This document shows positions 1-6,982 of a DNA stretch of 31,981 nt, one piece after another. A program made the position numbers and the translations under genes. Each line of letters starts with the position of its first letter. Within the stretch, counting starts at the first letter, position 1. Under the pieces are notes generated by a model. It was not told the DNA's origin and did no database searches. It saw nothing but the letters and a program-made list of their open reading frames with translations. The DNA is from a virus (taxonomy: Duplodnaviria; Caudoviricetes): IMG/VR virus record IMGVR_UViG_3300037483_000942, positions 1-31,981 of that record. One strand, 5' to 3'.

Positions 1-37
1 AAGAAAGGAATAAACTCAAGTTAGTCTATTCAATCAA

Positions 38-272
38 CCCGTTAAAACAACGGGCTAGATTAATAACAAATACAACCTCTGGTGCCCTATATTAATAAAC
101 AACCTAAAGAAAGGAATTAAAAGATGAATAATTATAATTTCATTCCCGCAACCAATTTACAGAAAGGAACTAAAATGAATTCAAACTACGATCTCACTTC
201 CGACCTTTTGGTCGACCCAATTATCCCTTTAAGACAATGGGCCCTATTAATAACAAGTACAACCTCTGGTGC
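38..272 (+). repeat. Degenerate 48-bp direct repeat (38-85 and 225-272)
   Basis: 41/48 ungapped identity. Core ATTAATAACAA(A/G)TACAACCTCTGGTGC is 26/27 identical at 59-85 and 246-272. Confidence 0.85.
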
Positions 273-1479
273 TATTCTGATAACACAATTGCACTATCAT
301 TGGAACTATTTTCGTAAAGAATTCTATAAATCAGATAATATTTTAATGAATGAAACAAAATTATCCAAGCGCACGCTAGCACGTTCAAAAAGTCAGCTTC
401 TAAAATTAGGTCTTATTTCCACTTGTAGAAAAGGGCCGAATACTATCTGCCATTATGAAGTAAATATTGACCGCATCAAAGGGATGCTAGAAACTCTCTA
501 CAGCAATAAACCGCTTCTAGAAAAGACACTTAGGGAAAAGGAAGATGTTCCTATTTATCCAACGATTAGCCAAAATGGCACATCGTTAAATAAACCTGAA
601 AAACTCAACAAAAATCCACCTCAGAAAACACACTTTGGCTCAAAACCAGATATTGCAGAGGAGCGATGTGCCATAATGGCGCATAAAGAAAGACCTAATA
701 AAGATATATATAATAACCCCCCTAAAGTCCCCCCTAGGATTGACGAGATGGAAATAAAGGATGGAGGGGAAGCTTTAAAAATTTGGAATAAGGTTTTTGG
801 AAAGGTTTCTGATAAGCCTTCACAAACTTCTTTGGCTAACGCAGGAAGAGTTTTTAAATCTCACTTTAAATTGGATAAGACCAAGTTTGAATCCTATTGT
901 TTGGCCATTTTATCATCGAGATTTCTTATGGAGGAAGCAAACAACAAGTTTTTCAAGCGTCTTACTTTTCAGAGGGCTTGCAATCCGAGTATGATTGAAA
1001 AAATATTAGACGGACATTTCACCGTAGGCGATAGATTGGAACATCTGACCAAGCAAATTGAAATTATTGAAGCCGAGCATGCTGCTCATGTTAGTGGAAA
1101 GAAAAACCAGCATCGACAGCAATTACTAAAATTACTATTTGGCAATAGTAAGGAATATGTAAAATCAAAATTTCTAGAGTTCTTGGAAAAATCCGAAGAC
1201 AATAAAAGAAACTATGACCTTCCCCTCATCATCGAAATAGAGTTTATTCACGCCCTCGAGGTCACTGAGAGGCCAAACCGTACTTGGCGCGACCTACTAT
1301 CATTTAAATCCGTAGGACCCCATAGAGAGGCTTTAAATACGTTTTTAGATTGGTATGGTAAAATACATTACCCTTTAACTGAGATATCATTCTCTTCACC
1401 GGAGATGGATATTCTCAAAAATCAACGAAATCATCTTGTAAAATTTAATGAAAACTCACTAGAAGGGATACGAATATGA
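124..1479 (+). CDS. Phage replication initiator (N-terminal winged-HTH, lambda O/DnaD-like organisation); alternative start at 175
   Basis: N-terminal HTH-like segment (ETKLSKRTLARSKSQLLKLGLI) and an NNPPKVPP linker typical of phage initiators. Palindromic repeats lie within the gene, and it heads the early rightward operon. Confidence 0.7.
   Translation: MNNYNFIPATNLQKGTKMNSNYDLTSDLLVDPIIPLRQWALLITSTTSGAILITQLHYHWNYFRKEFYKSDNILMNETKLSKRTLARSKSQLLKLGLISTCRKGPNTICHYEVNIDRIKGMLETLYSNKPLLEKTLREKEDVPIYPTISQNGTSLNKPEKLNKNPPQKTHFGSKPDIAEERCAIMAHKERPNKDIYNNPPKVPPRIDEMEIKDGGEALKIWNKVFGKVSDKPSQTSLANAGRVFKSHFKLDKTKFESYCLAILSSRFLMEEANNKFFKRLTFQRACNPSMIEKILDGHFTVGDRLEHLTKQIEIIEAEHAAHVSGKKNQHRQQLLKLLFGNSKEYVKSKFLEFLEKSEDNKRNYDLPLIIEIEFIHALEVTERPNRTWRDLLSFKSVGPHREALNTFLDWYGKIHYPLTEISFSSPEMDILKNQRNHLVKFNENSLEGIRI
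569..684. promoter_or_regulatory. Candidate iteron/origin palindromes inside rep
   Basis: GCCAAAATGGCACAT (569-583) and ATGTGCCATAATGGCGCAT (666-684) are related inverted, near-palindromic sites. Confidence 0.35.
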
Positions 1480-1943
1480 AGATTAACAAAGAACCTATGG
1501 AATTTGAAGAAAAGGCACAGAAATTTATGGATGAGCTCCTCCCAAAATCAATGTCAAACTGGATGAATGAACATATTTCGGTAGCACAAGATAAATTAAA
1601 TGATTGGGCTTATAATTCTCCTGCTATTAAAATTCTATCTGAAGAACTTTTTAAGTCACATGGGGTAGCCCTAAATGATAAAATTGTTAGTGTATGTCCT
1701 TCTACACATTTGGTTGGAATTATTTTTATATCAGACGTGTTAAAATATGAAAATTCACCATTTATGATTCATGTAAAAATAGAAATGAAACATACCCCTC
1801 TGGCGCGTGATGATTATGTGGAAGAAGCTAAGGGAATTATAATTGAATTTGTTATTGAGGCTTTTGATGCAATAAAGGAAAGATTAGATGATGAAACGAT
1901 GAGTTTATCAGAGGGTGAACTAATTCAGGAGGATGATGTTTAA
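1476..1943 (+). CDS. Hypothetical protein, distant paralog of 27597..28100
   Basis: ATGA-coupled to rep. Shares EH..L.[DE]W, P...[VI]GI and K..P...D[DE]Y...AK..II motifs with the leftward paralog. Confidence 0.7.
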   Translation: MKINKEPMEFEEKAQKFMDELLPKSMSNWMNEHISVAQDKLNDWAYNSPAIKILSEELFKSHGVALNDKIVSVCPSTHLVGIIFISDVLKYENSPFMIHVKIEMKHTPLARDDYVEEAKGIIIEFVIEAFDAIKERLDDETMSLSEGELIQEDDV

Positions 1944-2060
1944 CATCATTTTTAAAACATGTAAGCTGCCGGCATTTTGTTGTTGATATAGGATGCTTGT
2001 TGTTGGATAGTACCATCCTAAATAAAAATGAACCCAACAATGACAGAATATGGAGCAGAA

Positions 2061-2315
2061 ATGAACAAACATATTAAATTAGCTTTATTTTTTATAGCAG
2101 GAACTACTATATCCGCAGATAGCTGCGAGGCATCTAATCAATATATTAATCTTGAAGACGAGTGTCTCAAAATAAGCAGATATGTAGAAGATCATAATTT
2201 AATAGCTAACTCTAATGATATTAATCTTGTAGAATTACCAAAGATTGAACCAACAAAATTATCTCGCACCAAGAAAGTTAAAGAGATTAAACAACGCATA
2301 AGGATTTTTGACTGA
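2061..2315 (+). CDS. Small putative secreted protein (signal peptide, basic tail)
   Basis: GGAG RBS before ATG 2061. MNKHIKLALFFIAGTTISADSCEAS resembles a Sec signal. Confidence 0.6.
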   Translation: MNKHIKLALFFIAGTTISADSCEASNQYINLEDECLKISRYVEDHNLIANSNDINLVELPKIEPTKLSRTKKVKEIKQRIRIFD

Positions 2316-2316
2316 C

Positions 2317-2640
2317 ATGAAAAAATTATTAACAACATCTATAATATTAAGCTCTATTTTGACTTATGACTTACATGCGTCTGCTCAACCTAACAATGAC
2401 GATAATGGGTCACCATTGAAGGTATCGATTGTAGAGAATAACAATGTTGAACCTACTATTGATGAATTAATGAAGGGTCTTCAAAAATCATATTCTATCG
2501 ATTTAAGCACCTGTAAGCGCAATAGAAGTCATAAGCCAAAAATAAGCAATTATCGTGAAACTAGGTTAAGAAGGTTTGGGCCTGAGGTTGTTATCGTTCG
2601 TAGAAGCAAGAAGAGCTTGGACATCATAAATAATGAATAA
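2317..2640 (+). CDS. Small putative secreted protein (signal peptide, Arg/Lys-rich tail)
   Basis: MKKLLTTSIILSSILTYDLHA-SAQ is a classic Sec signal with an LHA cleavage site. Confidence 0.65.
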   Translation: MKKLLTTSIILSSILTYDLHASAQPNNDDNGSPLKVSIVENNNVEPTIDELMKGLQKSYSIDLSTCKRNRSHKPKISNYRETRLRRFGPEVVIVRRSKKSLDIINNE

Positions 2641-2665
2641 GACACACTGAGAGAAAAATTTAAAA

Positions 2666-3241
2666 ATGGCCTTAACAGATACAGACATCCGCAACCTAAA
2701 ACCAGCGAGCAAACAGTATAAAGTTACAGATGGTAGGGGGATGTACTTGCTTGTAACACCCAGTGGAGGAAAGTGTTGGCGCCTTAAATATTATTATGGC
2801 GGAAAAGAGAAGTTGCTTGCGCTTGGCATATATCCTGAGGTGTCTCTTAAAGAAGCCCGTGACAAGAGAGATCAAGCCCGCCAGCAAATTGCAGACGGTA
2901 AAGACCCTTGTCAACTTAAAAAGCAAGAAAAGCTCAAGCAAAAGATTTGTGCTGATAAACCGATGGATGACCGGCAAAACAATTGTATAGAGCTGCTTAT
3001 GTTATATAATAAGCAGAGGAATACACTAAATGATATTATTAAGGTTCATCAAAGACTCCTAAAAGAGGAAACTAATGAATTAAACATAATAAATCACCTA
3101 ATTGAAATAGAGAAATTAACAGTAGAAATGTTGGCGGCAGACGACAAAATGTTTTCTATAGACCAATACCTAAAAAATACCGGTATTAGTTCTAGAGAAG
3201 AGTTTATAACAAGATTACGTCTTATTACTAAAATCTTATAG
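2666..3241 (+). CDS. Protein with a P4-type integrase arm-DNA-binding domain (Arm-DNA-bind_3/DUF4102) fused to an unrelated helical C-terminus; no catalytic domain
   Basis: MALTDTDIRNLKP..KQYKVTDGRGMYLLVTPSGGKCWRLKY..GKEKLLALGIYPEVSLKEAR is the IntA/P4 N-terminus. No R-H-R-Y motifs follow. Confidence 0.88.
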   Translation: MALTDTDIRNLKPASKQYKVTDGRGMYLLVTPSGGKCWRLKYYYGGKEKLLALGIYPEVSLKEARDKRDQARQQIADGKDPCQLKKQEKLKQKICADKPMDDRQNNCIELLMLYNKQRNTLNDIIKVHQRLLKEETNELNIINHLIEIEKLTVEMLAADDKMFSIDQYLKNTGISSREEFITRLRLITKIL

Positions 3242-3262
3242 AAATTGAACAGGTAATAATAG

Positions 3263-3520
3263 ATGTTTGTACTTAAAAGTAAATATAAAAAACTTCAAAT
3301 GGACGTTGAGGATTATTTAAACTGTATAAATAAGTTATTTTTATTGACCGAGGACAATAAGAAGGCAGAATTAGTTCTAAAATACAAAGGATATCGTGGG
3401 GTTGCTACTTTTTCAAACGGATACGGGATGTTCTCCGGAACCATTGAGGGGATACCATACGAGGGTAGCAATTTACAAGATTTACAAAAGAATTTCAGAG
3501 AAATAGTTGATAAATTATAG
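3263..3520 (+). CDS. HicB-like antitoxin N-terminal-domain protein
   Basis: LKYKGYRG...GMFSGTIEGI..EGSNLQDLQKNFREIVD matches the HicB pattern YKGY...F.G....I..G.....L...F...VD. Confidence 0.6.
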   Translation: MFVLKSKYKKLQMDVEDYLNCINKLFLLTEDNKKAELVLKYKGYRGVATFSNGYGMFSGTIEGIPYEGSNLQDLQKNFREIVDKL

Positions 3521-3527
3521 GTAAAGA

Positions 3528-3719
3528 ATGCTCTACAACTCGAGAAAAATAGTTAATGCAAACAGTGACATTATGAATATACTGAGAGAGGTAAGACTTG
3601 AGTTAATGGCCGTTGAATCAAAGGTATCTTATTCATATAAGCTTATTAACGAGCTTACAGAGCAACTTGAGCGTTATGACGGTATATTGCTAGGGGAAGA
3701 AGATTTGGTTAATAAATAG
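3528..3719 (+). CDS. Hypothetical coiled-coil protein
   Basis: Closely spaced ORF in the early operon. Confidence 0.55.
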   Translation: MLYNSRKIVNANSDIMNILREVRLELMAVESKVSYSYKLINELTEQLERYDGILLGEEDLVNK

Positions 3720-3738
3720 TCAGAAAACAGGGGGAATA

Positions 3739-3954
3739 ATGACCGCATTACCAATAAAAGAAATTATAGAAACTGATTATCAAACTCAAGAGAAAATAAT
3801 TACAGACTTACAAAATATGGTCAGCTCGGTTATATCAAATCTTTTTCCTGATCATACCCTTAAAGAAAAAATAAATGTATATAGTGATGTTAATAAGAAT
3901 GATGAAGTGTCATACTCTGTTGTAGCTTTGACAGTCGATCATTATATGGAGTAG
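3739..3954 (+). CDS. Hypothetical protein
   Basis: GGGGGA RBS; in operon. Confidence 0.6.
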   Translation: MTALPIKEIIETDYQTQEKIITDLQNMVSSVISNLFPDHTLKEKINVYSDVNKNDEVSYSVVALTVDHYME

Positions 3955-3972
3955 GGAGGGAAATACAACGCT

Positions 3973-4242
3973 ATGAATGATAGGCAATATGAAGAATTTA
4001 AAAACTTGTTCAGATTTTGTTTGGATAGAAAATTTTCTAAAAACGACGTAATACAAGAAATTTTAATTAGAAAAGAAAATATTTCCGCACAACTCAAAAA
4101 AATTGAAGAATACGAACTTAACAGCAGAGATAATATCTACGGAGTGTCATTTACAACAGTAAGAAATCGCCTTGTTAGAATGTTTGAAATGTATACTGAT
4201 ATTATTAATTATCTACACAATCCATTTTACGAGGAAGCATGA
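3973..4242 (+). CDS. Hypothetical protein
   Basis: GGAGG RBS; ATGA overlap with ssb. Confidence 0.65.
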   Translation: MNDRQYEEFKNLFRFCLDRKFSKNDVIQEILIRKENISAQLKKIEEYELNSRDNIYGVSFTTVRNRLVRMFEMYTDIINYLHNPFYEEA

Positions 4243-4685
4243 TTTATTCATTAAATAAAACTACTCTCATAGGAAATGTTGGAAAGACTCCTGAGTCACG
4301 TACAACATCATCAGGTAACAAAGTCGTCTATTTTACCATGGCAACATCAGAATCATGGAAAAACAAAACTTCAAATGAATATGAATCAAGGACCGAATGG
4401 CACAGGATTGTTATATTCAACGAATTATTCTGTGATGTTGCTCAAAATCATATTAAAAAGGGAGATAGAATCTATATTGAAGGTAAACTTCAAACACGTA
4501 CATGGATAGATAATACGGGAGCAGAAAAAAAAGTAACAGAAATTATCCTTCCGCGCTTCGGCGGTAACCTTCTTCTTCTGGGTAATAAATCAAATGAAAA
4601 AGAATATGTTAAGAAAGAAACACCCGCAGATTATGAGTATAAATTGCCACCATTAGGAGAGATGGATGATGAAATTCCATTTTAA
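4239..4685 (+). CDS. ssb: Single-stranded DNA-binding protein
   Basis: SLNK..LIGNVG, ATSESW, TEWHRIVIF, IYIEGKLQTR.W motifs and C-terminal DDEIPF. Confidence 0.97.
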   Translation: MIYSLNKTTLIGNVGKTPESRTTSSGNKVVYFTMATSESWKNKTSNEYESRTEWHRIVIFNELFCDVAQNHIKKGDRIYIEGKLQTRTWIDNTGAEKKVTEIILPRFGGNLLLLGNKSNEKEYVKKETPADYEYKLPPLGEMDDEIPF

Positions 4686-4788
4686 TCAAGATGGTCGAGA
4701 AGAAATTACATCCCGGTAATTTCCCCTCTGGCGCTGAATATAAAATATAATTAATTTTAGTCAACTATTAATTTTTAATAAATATAGC

Positions 4789-4818
4789 TAGACAATGTTT
4801 TTAAAACAATGATAGGCT
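4789..4818 (+). promoter_or_regulatory. Candidate late promoter
   Basis: TAGACA-18 bp-TAGGCT with an extended -10 TG, upstream of the packaging genes. The AT-rich context lowers confidence. Confidence 0.35.
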
Positions 4819-4867
4819 ATTTATATGGGATTCATTTCTCTTTTTAAATACGGCTCGGGAGGTTAGT

Positions 4868-4966
4868 ATGAAAAAATATAAAGCGCCAAAATCAAAACCC
4901 TCAAAAAATGTCGGCAATAGCCTCGTCATGAAAGAAAAAATAATGTACGAAGGCTCAGGCTGCTAA
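4868..4966 (+). CDS. Small basic peptide (32 aa; MKKYKAPKSKPSKNVGNSLVMKEKIMYEGSGC)
   Basis: Strong GGGAGG RBS at 4857-4862. Below the ORF-track length cutoff. Confidence 0.5.
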   Translation: MKKYKAPKSKPSKNVGNSLVMKEKIMYEGSGC

Positions 4967-5046
4967 GAGATTGGTAGGCGCCTTCTGTCCATTTTTGCAT
5001 CGTTTGGGTTGATCTTCAATGCGCGACGCCTACCATACCTTTTTAA

Positions 5047-5442
5047 ATGACAAAAGAAATAGAAAAATTAAAATTTCCAGACATATTCCTTAAATGTAAT
5101 CTTCATCTTACGAGAACATGTGAGATTCTCAACATTCATCATTCTACATTTTATCATTGGCAAGCAACAGACCAGGAATTCAAACAAAAGATAGATGATA
5201 TTCGTCTGATGTACATGGAGAATTTAGAGTCAATCATATCAAATGCGGCGTTTATAGAAAATAAATGGCAAGCAGCTAAGTGTATTTTACAGGCTAAGTA
5301 TCCAGACGTATGGGGATTAACTGTTGCCAAGATTGAGCATTCTCATTCATACGATAAAAATCTTTCTCCGGAAATTATTCAACAACAAATTGAGATATTG
5401 AAACAAGTAAAGGATGGAATTGAAAACGATTCCGATGAATAA
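5047..5442 (+). CDS. terS: Terminase small subunit
   Basis: HTH (TRTCEILNIHHSTFYHW...D.EF) and WQAAK.IL...YPD.WG; directly precedes terL. Confidence 0.78.
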   Translation: MTKEIEKLKFPDIFLKCNLHLTRTCEILNIHHSTFYHWQATDQEFKQKIDDIRLMYMENLESIISNAAFIENKWQAAKCILQAKYPDVWGLTVAKIEHSHSYDKNLSPEIIQQQIEILKQVKDGIENDSDE

Positions 5443-6982
5443 AGAGATTGATCAATATATAACTCTTCTGGAAAACTTAAGAGACGAAGACGAAGGCAAA
5501 CAAAAAACAATCTTAAGACATCTTTGCCGAACAGACCTATTTTTTCTCCTATGGTATGGATTTTCACGTAAGGACATCCTACATCCTTGGCTATTTGATC
5601 GCTGTCGAGAAGTACAGAAGAGCCCAAACGGACATATAGATTTATGGGCACGCGGTCACTATAAAAGCACGATCATCACATTTGCCAAAACCATTCAGGA
5701 TATACTATCGTCCCACGGAGATAATCCTTTCCCTGAATGGAAGGGAAGAGAAGTAACATGCGCCATTTTTTCAGCCACGCGCCCCCTAGCCAAAGGATTT
5801 CTGCGGCAGATTAAACTTGAATTAGAAAGAAACGAAAAATTAAAAGATTTGTTTCCTGACATCTTATGGCAAAATCCAGCCAAGGAAGCCCCTAAATGGT
5901 CCGAGGATGATGGCTTGATAATGAAGCGTATATCCAACCCCAAAGAGGCGACAATAGAAGCGTGGGGTATCATAGACGGACAACCTACAGGTAAACATTT
6001 TCTTTTATGTGTCTATGACGACCTTGTATCTATCCAACACGTCCGCTCGCCAGGAATGATGTTAAAAACACTTGAGTCATGGGAACTCTCCTTAAACCTT
6101 AGTACGGAAGGCGGAATACACCGATATATCGGTACACGCTATCATTTTAATGATGCTTATAAATCAATCATTGAAAGAAACGTTACAATCCCAAGAGTTT
6201 ACTCGGCAACAGATGACGGAACATCAAATGGAAATTCTATCTTTTTAAAACAAGAAGATTTAGACGAAAAAAGAAATTCCATGGGTCTATATACTTTTTC
6301 TTCTCAAATGCTTTTAAATCCAATTGCCGACAGCAATAAAGTATTTAAACAAGATTGGCTTATGTTTAGAGATAAAAATGATCATGAAGGAATGAATCTT
6401 TATATTGTTGTAGACCCTGCAAATTCAAAGAAAAAAAATTCAGACTATACCATTATGCTTGTTATAGGTCTTGGACCTGATAATCATTATTATCTTATAG
6501 ATGCTGTTAGAGACAGATTGAATCTTGAAGAACGATCTAACATGCTATTTGCATTGCATCGTCAATATAGGCCTTTAGATGTCGGTTATGAATCTTACGG
6601 AATTCAAGCAGATTTGCAGCATTTTCAAGAGAAGATGGCCCATGAAAATTATTATTTTTCCATCACACCTTTAGGCGGAAAAGTCAAAAAAGAAGAAAGG
6701 ATTGAATGGCTCCAAGCTGTCTTTATGAACAAAAGATTCATTTTTCCATCTTCTATTATGAAAGCAAATTATGAAGGTGTAGTTAAAAATATAATCCAAG
6801 ACTTTTTAATGGAAGAATACTACGCCTTTCCTTTGGCAAAATATGATGATATGCTAGATGCAATGGCACGAATACTTGATGCCGACTTTAATGTCGTATG
6901 GCCCCGTCAATATGAAGAGCATCCAAATAAAGATAGATATCAAAAATCTATGAGGACACTATCAAGTCCATGGGGAGTTTAA
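5414..6982 (+). CDS. terL: Terminase large subunit
   Basis: Walker A ARGHYKST, Walker B VYDDLV, IGTRYH coupling motif, nuclease VDPA..SDYT and C-terminal DDMLDA. Confidence 0.95.
   Translation: MELKTIPMNKEIDQYITLLENLRDEDEGKQKTILRHLCRTDLFFLLWYGFSRKDILHPWLFDRCREVQKSPNGHIDLWARGHYKSTIITFAKTIQDILSSHGDNPFPEWKGREVTCAIFSATRPLAKGFLRQIKLELERNEKLKDLFPDILWQNPAKEAPKWSEDDGLIMKRISNPKEATIEAWGIIDGQPTGKHFLLCVYDDLVSIQHVRSPGMMLKTLESWELSLNLSTEGGIHRYIGTRYHFNDAYKSIIERNVTIPRVYSATDDGTSNGNSIFLKQEDLDEKRNSMGLYTFSSQMLLNPIADSNKVFKQDWLMFRDKNDHEGMNLYIVVDPANSKKKNSDYTIMLVIGLGPDNHYYLIDAVRDRLNLEERSNMLFALHRQYRPLDVGYESYGIQADLQHFQEKMAHENYYFSITPLGGKVKKEERIEWLQAVFMNKRFIFPSSIMKANYEGVVKNIIQDFLMEEYYAFPLAKYDDMLDAMARILDADFNVVWPRQYEEHPNKDRYQKSMRTLSSPWGV

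Noticed and set aside
38-272. Diversity-generating retroelement TR/VR pair
   Set aside because: The mismatches are not adenine-specific, the repeat is short, and no reverse transcriptase is encoded.
2666-3241. Functional full-length P4 integrase
   Set aside because: Only the arm-binding domain is present, with no core-binding or catalytic residues.
4737-4764. Antisense promoter (TTGACT-16-TATATT, minus strand) pointing into ssb
   Set aside because: Suboptimal spacing in extremely AT-rich DNA; it cannot be distinguished from chance.
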